Part shown: one piece after another, positions 23,800 through 35,499 of the stretch
Position numbering within the stretch: position 1 is the stretch's first letter
How the letters are laid out: the number at the start of each line of letters is the position of its first letter
Assembly: GCA_011109175.1 (NCBI GenBank)
Contig: RDEW01000043.1
Location: 372,001-436,000 of the forward strand
Direction of reading: 5' to 3'
Length of the DNA: 64,000 nucleotides
Source of the DNA: Dicyema japonicum
Taxonomy: Eukaryota; Animalia; Dicyemida
Program-made: the position numbers and the translations under genes
Notes under the pieces: model-generated
What the model was told of the DNA's origin: nothing
Databases searched by the model: none
Seen by the model: only the letters and a program-made list of their open reading frames with translations

Positions 23800-24950
23800 T
23801 ACATTTCAATACAACTGTTCCATCCTCTTTATGTTTAAGTTTAGGATTACTCTCCATTTGATAGTTAGACTCTTCACTAAATTTCTTATCCAATTTGGAA
23901 GCCCCGAACATTCCAATACATGACACAAAAAAATATGATCGACTGAATCATATGTTTTCTTAACGTTGATCCAAGTTGCAAATAAATTATTCCCATATTC
24001 ATTGTTTATGCATTGATTGATCAAGGCTTGCTTATGACGCCTTGGCATCTCCTCTTCGCTCCCATCTGATTATCAGAGATGAGGTCGAATGCATCCAGAT
24101 AATCAGTAAGTTTGAATTTAACACATTTAGTGAGTAATTTATACAATATAGGCATGTACGTCATTGGTCGCAAATCATCTGGCGACGCATAAGTTATTTT
24201 TTATAATTAGATAGGTTACTCCGGTGTAAAACCACATGTCCGGTAAATATTCCCACTGGAGACTCTTCCACCCCAGTTATACATTTTCCGACAACGTTGA
24301 AAGATCTCTGACTTACAGCTTTCTCCCACACGGTTTCCCAAAAAGATAAACACTCATCTTTTCCCACTTCATACACAGTACGCTGAGCATCACCGGTAAG
24401 ACTTTGATAGAATCTTCTATTTAATTTGAACACAATTATCTCTCCTGAATGCTCTCCTCGACTCATGAATCCTGAGTCTTTTTTCCAGTACTCTAATTTT
24501 GTCTTTAATGACTGCAACTACTCTGGTAAATTCTCATTTTCGTGATTTCTTATATCCATAAGATGCAAGTATATTCATCACTCTTTTTTTATCCTCCTTA
24601 CTCTTTTAATCCTCAAAGTCACTAAGGAGACACAGATTTTCCTTCAGTACGACTATCCTCTTTTCAGCATTCTTTTTCCATTTACTTGATGTTGGTAACT
24701 TCCACGTTAGAACGTCGTATACCCGTTGTCCTGCGTAGATAACATCTGTTACTTCGTTAAGATCCTTAGGTCGTTGGGCAGCCACTAATCTGAAAGGGAT
24801 TTTCAAACAATTCAGGCACAATTTCCTTTGTGAGGATTTTCCCAACTTTAACATTCTTCTTAAAGATCCCTCCCTTAAGCAATTTCCTGACCAAAAATAT
24901 TGCGGTCTTGCATATACGTATACAACACTTCCGATCGAGTTGAGCTGTCA
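23800..24950 (-). mobile_element. R4/Dong-like non-LTR retrotransposon remnant
   Basis: WINVKKTYDSVDH (RT), FKLNRRFYQSL, and RPMTYMPILYKLLTKC-like motif. Confidence 0.7.
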
Positions 24951-25319
24951 CTGTATTTTAGCCATATTGTCGACGACTTATGGTAGACATGTTTTTCTGC
25001 ATTTGTGATAAAGACTGAAACTTGCTTCGTATACTTCTGTCCGGACAAAAAAAGTCGTCATATAAAAAACATTCACGCAAGACATGCGTATTTGATTATT
25101 GGGACAATGGCTTGGTTTTACAGTTTTGATATGCAGTCGACAGGCGAAAAGGGGGTCTTCTTCTAATTTCCTTCAGCACAATATATTTGCGAAGTCCAAT
25201 GGTTTTCAGTGTGATGAGAGAAGGTGTGTCGTATGTAACTCAGAGGCTCCAGTTTTCCTCACTAATTCCTCAAATGGTGTAGGGTTTAGAGGTGTCTGGG
25301 AAAACCAGAGCCTTACTGG

Positions 25320-25580
25320 CTATTTTTGGAATGTATTGATTTTTTCCAAATTCGCGTTTGATAGTTTGGTTCCCGATGCAGCACACCCGTAAGTTAGAGA
25401 CGGTTGAATATACTGCTCGTAGAACGAGTCCAAATTTGAGTTGAAACACCCCTTAAATTGTCCAAGGAGTGTTTTAACAAAATTTAGCTTTCGTTGTGCC
25501 GAGATTAACTTATTTTTTTGTATATCCGGGGTTAAAAATATAAAATATTTAATTAATAATATTTTTAATACGGTTAACAA
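25320..25580 (-). mobile_element. LINE RT C-terminal fragment (...GIT*-like family)
   Basis: SAQRKLNFVKTLLG...YIQPSLTYGCA, matching 9854-10072. Confidence 0.7.
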
Positions 25581-25719
25581 TAAAACAATTCAAATAAATA
25601 AATAATTTAAAAAAGCATGCTGTTATATTTTTAGTTGGAAGTTTGTATTCTCACTATTGAAGTCAATTATGTTTATTATCAAAATATTGGACGTTCTACT
25701 ATTTTGGTAATTTCTAATC

Positions 25720-26640
25720 AACATGTTTTCTTTCAATAATGGGAATTTTGATAAATATTACTTTAAGAAATGTTTACCAGGATTCGTTTCCGTACTTGTG
25801 AAAACAGACATACAATCCACCAGAAACAAAACGTGTTTATTATTAATTCTTAAAATATATATTGTGCCACTCAATGTTGAATATGTTTGTATTCAAGAAG
25901 ATATATTCCTTCTTTGTTGGTTTTCAAAATGGCCTCCAATTAATTTTTCAAGTTTCAGAAAAGTTCATCAATAAACATTACGAGTCCCAAATGTACTTCT
26001 AAAGACGTTGTGCCAGCCTTCAATTGAGTTATTTGTCCAGGATAAGTCCTCATATAAATTATCCAGATTATTCCAATAATTAATTGGAAATCTTGGAATT
26101 AATCCATTTTATTGATTTCCGATATAATTGATCGATAAATATTGATTAACGGACTTAGACTCTTGAGAAAATCAGATCTCGACACTCCAATCAAAAGTGT
26201 TCTTTACAGTATGTGTAGGAATAAAGGAGAGGCATTTCAACAGTTTTACAAATTTACCGTTAATTTTAAATCACCTTTAACCTGTTGTAACTTAATTATT
26301 ATGTCAATGAAAATTCCTAATTCCAATATTTTTTTATTACTATTTTGTCCTAGGTGGAACATGCAGCAATTTATCCGTGTGTTTGGAAATAATTTTTGAA
26401 AAGAATTTATTGCTCCTTTTTCAAAATCTGAGACAATTGGTTTTAAATCCGGAATGAGACGTTTGATTACTAGAAGCATTGATCATGCTCATCTCAGTTT
26501 TTGATGTTAAAAGACAGAATATTATTGGAATGACATGGTGATTAAATCGCTAACAAATAAACCTGTTATTATTGGTATTCTAGTAAATCCCTGACCATCA
26601 TCTATTATCACCGATATGTTGAATAACTGCTTCCAAGGAA
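25720..26640 (-). mobile_element. Mutator (MULE) transposase remnant
   Basis: SDFEKGAINSFQKLFPNTRINCCMFHLGQ and NNSIEGWHNVF motifs. Confidence 0.85.
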
Positions 26641-26699
26641 GAGTGCAGACAGAAAAAGTATTATCAATTGACCTATGAAGATTAGTTCTGATATATTGT

Positions 26700-27055
26700 T
26701 TTTATTATTTATTTTATTTAAAGCACTCCCGAGAAGTCATAAAATTAATCAAGCCTCCCTTGTGCCGTATTTCTAGCCATCCTCTCTATCAGCCTTTTCC
26801 AGGACCCTCTACTTCGTGCCAGTTCCCTTAAGGTATCTAGGTCGTCTGCGGAAGTGAGCTTCAGTCCCACAGCCGACAGGTCTCCATTCAAAATAGTTGG
26901 GAGTGTGACTCTTGGTCTTCCACGGAACTAACATAGTATGTTTCCATATATATGTTCGGTGGGGATGTTAATTCCATCCTCAGCACGTGTCCGAAAAGCT
27001 TCCATCGGGATTCCAGTACTTCTAAGCTGATAGATCTAGTGCTGCATCTCTTATA
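26700..27055 (-). mobile_element. RTE-like 3' end
   Basis: FGHVLRM...RGRPRVTLP; near-identical block at 29085-29230; (TAA)n-like tail. Confidence 0.8.
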
Positions 27056-27408
27056 TATTGTTTTTTTAAGAATATATTTATTTTTATTTTTTTATTAAAT
27101 TTTTTATTATAATGAAAAATTAAGAAAAATTTAATTATTTAATCTCCACCCTTTATTTTGGTGCGAGCTTCTTCCAGAGGATTGATGTTTTTTTAGAATA
27201 CATTTTTGATGTCGGGTTCAGTCGGCTATTCGTGTAGTTCCGACTTTTTATTAAAGCGGATAAATTTTCTTTGAGAAATTCTTCGTAAATAATAAATCTG
27301 AATCACAGGCTCTAACAAACATTGCTAATTGTGCAATTCTAACACGTCGACTGTTTCATCGGTCACAATTGAAGAATAGTCAAACACTAAAAAGCCACAT
27401 AAACATTT

Positions 27409-27510
27409 GAGATCCGGTGGCTTCTCCGGTTGATCTCTGTTTCAATCGTGAGAGGCAACGTAGATAATGTCGGCGAGGACCACTTTGGATGGATGTCTGT
27501 GTTAATTAAT
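27409..27510 (+). repeat. Dispersed repeat family B, copy 2
   Basis: Homologous to 9400-9500. Confidence 0.8.
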
Positions 27511-27726
27511 TATTAATTGTTACTTTTAAATCGATGATTAGATTGGTAATGCATTCTCTTGTGTTGTATTCCTTCTTTATAGCGATAAACTGGTTACATA
27601 TCAAACAATGTATTTTTCTCAACGGTTGTGCAAAAATAGACTAGTTTCCATTTATCTTGAAATACTCACCGTTTATCTTTAAACACCGTTATTTAGTTCC
27701 AGAAGAAGCACGTGACAAAAAATTAA

Positions 27727-28330
27727 TGCAACGTGCGTTCGATTCGGAGGCGTCAAAACTCTCTCGAGTTGGTAAAAATGTCGAAAAAAAAGAAAGGGTC
27801 ACTTGCGTTACCAGATGGTAAGAATATAATTCTTGCTATACCCGAGAACGTTTTGGCAGCTGACCCAAAAGAATGGGCGAGGCAGGTAGTCCTGCAGGTA
27901 CGTAGCAGGCTATCCCAAATGCCCTGAAATGGCTGGACATACTTGGCGGAGCTCTGCAATGGCAGATTCAGTACTGCTATATTGTGAGTGAACTCAAGAA
28001 AATGGCTGTAGAAAAAGAGGGTCAGAGGAGTAGTACGGTCTAAAGGGGCGGGGACCAAATGACCATTACTGTCAAAGAGAGCACGAGCACCAAGCTGTGA
28101 TATGGTGTAGCTCAAGCATGTTTATGAGGTTTTCAAACGGAATCTTGCTGAACGGCAGATGTCTTACATGAGGACCGTAGATTTACTCGCAAGATCCTTC
28201 ATAGTATGGTTAACGGAGTAGTGTTAACTTGCATCAATAAGGCTGTGGCTTATGCGGTGGATGCTAAGCCAGTAGGGTCACTGGGTGAAATCTCCCTAGT
28301 GTTGCATGCAGCATAGATCACCTATGAGGA
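27727..28330 (+). pseudogene. Unclassified repeated ORF family, copy 1 (disrupted)
   Basis: GSLALPDGKNIILAIPENVLAADPKEWARQVVLQVRSRL...; homologous to 31875-32350 on the minus strand. Confidence 0.65.
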
Positions 28331-28869
28331 GATGAAGGAGAGAAAATAATCTTTTTGAGTTTAATCTCAGATTGTTTTACCATCGCCTACACGAAAATAG
28401 CCATAGTGCATGTTCTCAGTAGGACGCGGAAATGCTTTCTACGTGGGGTAGTATATGGGAGGCTAAACCACGCAGAGGAAATGCGTGGAATGTCCCGTAC
28501 AGCACCACTCCTTTCTTGGCGGAATCTTGTGATTCCGGCTCCATATCTAGGGTTGTACATCTATCCTTTGCTTCTGTAAGTAAAAGATCAATTCATAGAT
28601 TCGTATTGCCTAGCATGGGAATAGTTGACTTGTATGGTGAATTGATTCGGTGGAGCATTAACTCCAACAACATGTAGAGGTATTATTATCGTCCCGGGAC
28701 CAATTTGTTTAAAGATAAAGAATGTCCAATCTCACTAAATGATCCATGAACATCAATGGAAGGTTAAAACTGACAGGGACGGGCATCTTGAACCGCTCTC
28801 CATATCGGCCTCAGAGTCTTGTCATATATCTTATGTTTGCAGAGGTATTAGACCAGTGGTTCTTCTGGA

Positions 28870-29800
28870 ATTTTAATTATTATTATTTAAGCACTTCACG
28901 AGAGCCATACTAATCATAGCCCCGCATGTGTAGCAAAAGAAACAAGGTTAGATGTCATCCTTTTCCATGCTCTCCTGTTCCTAGCCAAGGCTCTCATGTT
29001 GTCCAGGTCGTCGGCATTTATTAGATTTTTTTAATATTGACCAGGTCTTTTTGTAAGACTATTGCCAGTGTTGTTCTTGGTCTTCCACGATAGCGGCCTT
29101 CTTGACTAACATAGTATGTTTCCATAGATATGTTCGGTGGGGATGTTAATTCCATCCTCAGCACGTGTCCGAAAAGCTCCATCGGGATTCCAGTATTTTT
29201 AAGCTGATAGGTCTAGTGCTGCATCTCTTATATAAAGCATTTCTCGATATTCTCGTAGGCCAAGTAGTTTCTGTTATTTTTCTCACTTACCTCTGTGGAA
29301 CAAGTATAGTCTTTCAGATCCGCTGATGAGGTCACCCAAGTTCTAGCGTTATATAAAAGTATGGGTTTTATGAATGAGTCGTATAATAGGATTCTCATTT
29401 TCGTTTGTCGATGCCTTTTGATTGAGCCATTGATTCTTCAGTTTATATAACGCAGCATTGGGTAGAGTTTTCCTACGTAAGATATCTTCGCTATCTCCCA
29501 TAAGTGAACCGAATTTCTTTACTTGTCGCTACTTCTCTTATAAGACGTAACTCGTCCTTCTCATATCTGTGAGTTCTGTTTTCTCTTTGTTCACAGTAAG
29601 AAACAATTTCCCTAGTACTTCTGGTGCTTTTTCTAATAGGTGTTCCAAGACCTCTTTGTCTTCGGAAATTAGGTCTACATCGTCCGCATAGATTACTTCT
29701 TCCGTCTTTCCTTGGTATAACGGTCTAAGTTCCCTCATAGCGGCTTCCAAATAAATTGTGAATAGTAGGGGAGAAAAGGAGTCTCCTTGTGGATTTCTAA
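28870..29800 (-). mobile_element. RTE-like LINE, RT and 3' end
   Basis: GDSFSPLLFTIYLEAAM...VIYADDVDL, KPILLYNARTW, 3' tail (TAA)n. Confidence 0.8.
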
Positions 29801-30363
29801 TTAATTCTACTTTTCTTTTGCAGATTTAAATTTTCTTCCAATTCTATTAAGATCTTTGTTCAGAGCCACGGGTAGAGTGACTCTGGGTCTTCCTCTGAAC
29901 GATAGTTTGTTCTAATTGTTAAAGTAATTGTCCACTATTATATTTGCAGGGGTGTTTATATCCATTCTAAGCACGTGCCCAAACAGTCTCCATCTTGATT
30001 CAATAATGTCGATGCTTATCTTCTGCACCAAAGTATCAACTTCGTTTGTTTAGAACTTTAGTTTTTGAGTTTCCTGAAGCTAAATGGACATTTTTTGCAA
30101 TAGAGGTACGGGACCACCTCAACCTATAAAGTAACCTTACAGAATACAGATTGGAAGAAAGTGAATCAATTTCAGACCCTACTTTGCTTCTAAACAAAAT
30201 TTTCAAACTAAGTCATATCAGTCTCCTCCTAAGTTCTTCAATTATAAAATTAGCACACACGTCATAACAGTGACTCACATGTCTTAGACAACATCCCAAG
30301 TTTTTCAGCGGTAACATTGACTCATAAATTATAACACTTGACACTGACTCATGGTTTAACAAG

Positions 30364-30723
30364 GGCCGAGTGGCGCAGTTAAAGACTATACAATAAGTGT
30401 GACTGTACATCAGTAAGTCTCGAGATCATTAGCTCTCGTTTGAGACTTTTTTGGACACGTCCTGAAGTTGGACTCGACATCCCTCCTAATATCGCCATGG
30501 AAGATTACTACTCCTCCGATGTACAACGTTTTCGTGAAAGACAACTCTCTCGGTCGTTTTACAAAACGATCTGAAAGCCGTAAAGAAAACATTAGCATCT
30601 AGCGACGACTTGAGCACACTGAGGAGATCTGGCTAAGAACAGAAAAGCCTGGAACAAGCTAACTCTTATATTTTTTGCTGCACATGGGCTATAATAGCTC
30701 TCGTGAAATGCTAGTAATAATAA
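30364..30723 (+). mobile_element. 5'-truncated RTE-like insertion with ~18-21-bp TSD inside a degenerate ~70-bp repeat
   Basis: tgactcatggtttaacaa on both sides; insert ends gctagtaataataa. Confidence 0.7.
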
Positions 30724-31039
30724 CAGTGACTCATGGTTTAACAATGTCTTAGACAGCATCCTAGGTTCTTCAACGGTAACATTGAATCGTAGATCATAAC
30801 AGTTACACATGGTTTAAAATATCTTAGAATACCAAGTTTTTCAACGGTAACATTGACTTGTAGATCATAACAGTTAACAGTGATGAAATGCGGAACAGAG
30901 CTTACCAAACAATTAGAACTTGAGTAGATTCATAACCATATTAATACACAACAGCAACATCATTCGACTTATTAATAAAATATATCTGAAAAAATCAAAC
31001 AAATTATATAAAGCCAAAATTATCTCGAATAATAATGAA

Positions 31040-31337
31040 TTATTTTTTAAGTACTATTGTTTTAACGGCTATAAGGTTATTATCATAAATACTTGGCGGT
31101 ATAGATTTGACAACTTTATCCACATCGTTGTTTTTGACTTTAATAGTATAGAGGTACTTTCTACATCGGAGTTTAAGCTTTGTAAACTTCATTTTCGGGT
31201 CTTTATATTGTTTAATTTTCAACACTATAAAAATAAATTCACATAATACAATTCGCATCAGTCTGCCTTGCAAGCTGCAAAAATTGTTTAATTTCAAATA
31301 CTTGGCGTGGCTATATAGTAATAAGAATAACAACCAT
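31040..31337 (-). CDS. RPL38: 60S ribosomal protein L38 (eL38); 4 exons, first exon is ATG only
   Basis: Introns 31311-31334, 31225-31249, 31069-31092 give MPRQVFEIKQFLQLARQTDANLLKIKQYKDPKMKFTKLKLRCRKYLYTIKVKNNDVDKVVKSIPPTVKTIVLKK*. Confidence 0.93.
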
Positions 31338-31499
31338 AACGACGTAAGTCCAACAACAAAGATAACTACAAACGTGTTTTTTTTATTATTTATTATTAAA
31401 TATTATAACATTGTATTTAAATTTTATTTTATTTTTTTAAGTTCATTTGAATGTTTTCGTATCTCATTTATCATTCTCTTGGATTATCAGTCTTCGATT

Positions 31500-31870
31500 T
31501 ACGAAACAGGATCCTTTATGAAGATATATCCAAATACGTCAACAACTGTCTCCAAAACCATGAGAGTAACGAAATTCTGACCACAAAAATCCAACTCCCA
31601 AGGTTACGTCTTACCCTGATCAATTCATATCTACCTCCTTCATCATCAGCCACTTGCACAAAACTCACTAAAGAACGTTCTTATTTGCCCAGGAAAATCC
31701 GAAAATGACCCCTCTTCCTACAGACCAATCTCGATCCTATGTTCACTTTTCTGAATACTCATAAAACTATGGATTGCCAACTTCTTAAGTGGGAGACGTG
31801 GAAAAGTGATTTGCAATAACATAAAGTCAAAATTCCGTCTCATACCAAATGGAGTCCCTCAAGGATCCCC
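31500..31870 (+). mobile_element. LINE RT fragment
   Basis: DPSSYRPISIL-like motif near 31710-31740 and NGVPQGSPLS at ~31850. Confidence 0.7.
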
Positions 31871-31874
31871 ACTA

Positions 31875-32350
31875 TCAATGAGGGATCTTGCGGGTAAATC
31901 TACAGTCCTCAAGTGGGACATCTGCCGCTGCAGCGAAATTCCACGCAAAGACCTTATAAACATGCTTAAACTGCAATGTATCACAGCTCTGGTGCTTTCT
32001 TTGACAGTTGTGGTCATCTGGTCCCCACCCCTTTAGACCAGTAACCTCTTTGCCTACCGCCATTTTCTTGAGTTCACTCACAGATATAGCAGCACTGAAT
32101 CTGCCACTGCAGAGCTCAGCCAAGTATGGCCAACCATTCCAGAGCATTCGGGATAGCCTGCTACGTACCTGCAGGACTACCTTCCTCGCCCATTCTTTTG
32201 GGTCAGCTGCCACAACGCTCTCGGATATGGCAAGAATTATATTCTTACCATCAGGTAACGCAAGTGACCCTTTCCTTTTTTCCTTTCAACATTTTTACCA
32301 ACTCGAGAGAGTTTTAACGCCACCGAATCGAAAGCACGTTGCATGTTTTT
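31875..32350 (-). pseudogene. Unclassified repeated ORF family, copy 2 (open ~140 codons, 3'-truncated)
   Basis: MLKGKRKGSLALPDGKNIILAISESVVAADPKEWARKVVLQVRSRLSRMLWNGWPYLAELC...HNCQRKHQSC... Confidence 0.65.
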
Positions 32351-32577
32351 TTGAAAGTAAAAATATAGTAAAAGAAATATAAATTTAGATTAGAAATATA
32401 CAAACAGGAAGTAACTCACTCGAATAGAAATGGAGACACACAAAGAAACTTGGCTCCTTATTGGGAGATAGTGAAGATATCATACGGAGAAAAACCATGG
32501 CAAACGCGGTATTACACAAGCTGAGAACCTATGACTAAAACGGAAAGAGAATAACATAAAAAGGATAATGTTATAAG

Positions 32578-34416
32578 TAGGGCGAATTTTTTTTAACCTA
32601 AAAAATTAACTTTATTAACCTAAAAACTAAAAAAATTAACCCAAAAATTTAACTTTATAACTAAACAATAAAAACACTAAAACTTTTTGTTACACATACA
32701 AATTACATAATTTTCTAAAATTCCTGGTAGAAAATGTCTGTTGGATTTAGAAAATTCTTATCTCGAGAAACATCGTTCAATCGAGCACGAAGAAGGCTGA
32801 CAATTCATGAGTAATGAATACTCGGCAGGAGATATATGTGAATTATTCATTTTTTTATGTTTGAAATATCATTTTTTGAAGCTTTTATTTATGTATTCTT
32901 TGATAAATTTGTTGTCATTTCCAAATTCCAACGTTTCTAAACAATATATGCCTGTTCAATTGTGAAGCGCGTACTCTTTCGTAATAATATCTCCAAAAGC
33001 GACATCATTCGGAAACCTGGAATGTTCGAATAGCTTCGGATAAGGTCACATAGACTGCTAACTAACACGTGGTTTTTGAGACTTTCTTTAGCTGTTCGAA
33101 CTAGATATCCATCATCCGCGAATGATTCGAAAATATTTTGAACTCCGATCAGATTTTCTGAATAGTATGTAGCGGCCTTAAGCCAGGTCCCCCATCTTGT
33201 CAAATGCACATGAGGTGGGATGGCGATGTTTTTGTCTTTGAATATTAGTTTTCTTCTATTGTTCTTGTTAATTGCTGCTTGTACAGTAGCTATCATCAAA
33301 TCAATTTCCGGATAAGAGTCTCTTATTTTCTCACAACAATTGTGTAATAGATGAACGCACATGTGACATGGAATAACTTGGGGTAAAGATTTTTAAGTAT
33401 TTTGCCAGCTAAAACATAAAATTTTACCTGATTTCATATAATTTGCAGCATCCGAAATTAACAAAAGGAAATTTTCCCTTTGAACCAAATTATTTCCAAG
33501 TGCATCATCGATTATCTGAGTAATGATGTTCTTGTTAGGAGCAGATTCTATCGCCTTAAACGATAACAGATATGTTGTTTCAGGAGAATTAAACGATCCA
33601 ATCATCACAGCAACGTATCTTTGGCCCCGGATTTTTGTTTCATCCGTAATAGCAAAAACTTTTTGATTGCTACAAAATAAAGTAAATTTTTATACACAAG
33701 TTTTTGTTGAATTAACAATTTTTGATTCATTATGATTTGACACAGCTTCTGGCTTTTGATGGTGAGGGAACTCCTACAGAGCCTCAGTAAAACAATTCTC
33801 TAAGCCACGGCATAGATAGTTTGTTTAGTGGAATATCAGATTTTATAAATGTTCTGGTTACTTGTAGAGCCCAATCATCATTTTTGGAATATTGGTCAAT
33901 GTGTGTTTGATGCGATTCGGTCAGATAATCTACAAAAAATAATCGTTATTTTGCAAAACTCATTGAATTATGATGTTTTTGTTAGGCTCGATGGGAACTT
34001 ACAAAATGCCTTTTCTCGCATTTTATATTACACAAACAGAGTCGACAATATAGCGCACCATCCTCAAAATCATAAATTCTTTAGGATAATCCTTTACAAT
34101 GGCCTTAGCTTTAATTTGGTACAATTTTGCTATCTTAGGCATGTCAACCGAAAATTTTAGTGGCAAATATATTATTAATAGTTAATTTAAAAAATTAATA
34201 CATTAAATCAAAAATTATAAGGTTAAAATAATTTTAATTATAATTTTAAATTTTAACTTTTTAACCTAATAATTTTGTTTAATATACATTTATTTATAAT
34301 AAAATATAGTTAAAAATCATTAATGATTATTTTTTTACTATTATTAATATAGTAAAAATTTTAATAAAGGAAGTTTCTATTATTAAATTTTAACTTTTTT
34401 AACTTAGTTCTCCCTA
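32578..34416 (-). mobile_element. hAT-superfamily element with both ends and 8-bp TSD; transposase decayed
   Basis: TSD GTTATAAG (32570-32577, 34417-34424); TIRs TAGGG(C/A)GAA; LLISDAANYM, CVHLLHNC and LTRWGTWLKAATYY motifs. Confidence 0.88.
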
Positions 34417-34439
34417 GTTATAAGACACCTTTAACTCCC

Positions 34440-35400
34440 CAAACCACATCGAGGACAGTAACTTATATCCGTGGACATCACAAAAGCGTTCGACTCAGTC
34501 CCAGGAAACTCTTAACAAAGAAAATATTTGAAACCAACATCCATCCGAACCTGAAACTTTGGCTTGGAAACTTCCTAAATGGAAGACGAGCACAAGTACT
34601 CTGCAACAACATCAAATCAAGATCTCGCTATTTCCCAAATGGAGTCCCTTAAGGATCCCCACTATCGCCAGCCTTTTTCAATCTCTACATAAACAACATG
34701 CCACAAACCTGTAATAAAAGCTGCCTAATCCTTTTTTATGCCGACGATATTATTCTTGCCTCCAAGGACAGAACTATTCAATCAACGACTCAGTCCGCTC
34801 AAGAAATGCTTGACAAGTTGGAACTATGGCTGTCGAAGCGGAGACTCGACGCATCAGCAACAAAGTCTTCTGTCACACTGTTTACCACTTACAAAAAACA
34901 GCTCTGTGTCGAACCAAAAATCTTTATGAAGAACGAGGCTATTTCTATTAACAAAACACCGAAGATTCTGGGAGTCACCTTCGATCAGGGACTCACCTTT
35001 ATCCGACATGTTGAGAACATTGCAACTTCAGCTCTGAGGAAAATGAGAATTTTAAAAGCGCTCTCAAAAACACTTAGAGACCAAATTGGTGGCCTTGCCA
35101 CGATTCATGAACAATTTATCCAACCCACGATGACGTATGCAAGTCCTTCGTGGGCAATGCAGATTTCACGATCCTTCTCATTGAAACTATCCGCAATCGA
35201 GGAAAACGCAGTAAGGATAATTGGACCAGAACACAATATCCAGCCCATTGAAAATTTCTTAATCAAATTACAACTGAAACTCTTAAAAAAAGTCTAGTTT
35301 ACCGAGCTGCCCTCTATTCCATACACTATCGAAATATCTACAATCATACAGAAATTTTGAGCCGATGCCATGTCCAATGAAAAAAGCTGTTCAGGATTTT
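34440..35400 (+). mobile_element. Jockey/L2-like LINE RT region
   Basis: DITKAFDSV, GSPLSPA, FYADD, ILGVTFDQGLTF and IQPTMTYASPSW (ORF 34698-35297). Confidence 0.88.
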
Positions 35401-35499
35401 CGACCCTACCGGACTCGTCCTCTCCCTTGTCGGTCTGGGATTACTTAGTTAAGAACCTTTTATTTCTTTCTATTTGACCCACTGATCTTGGAGGTAATA

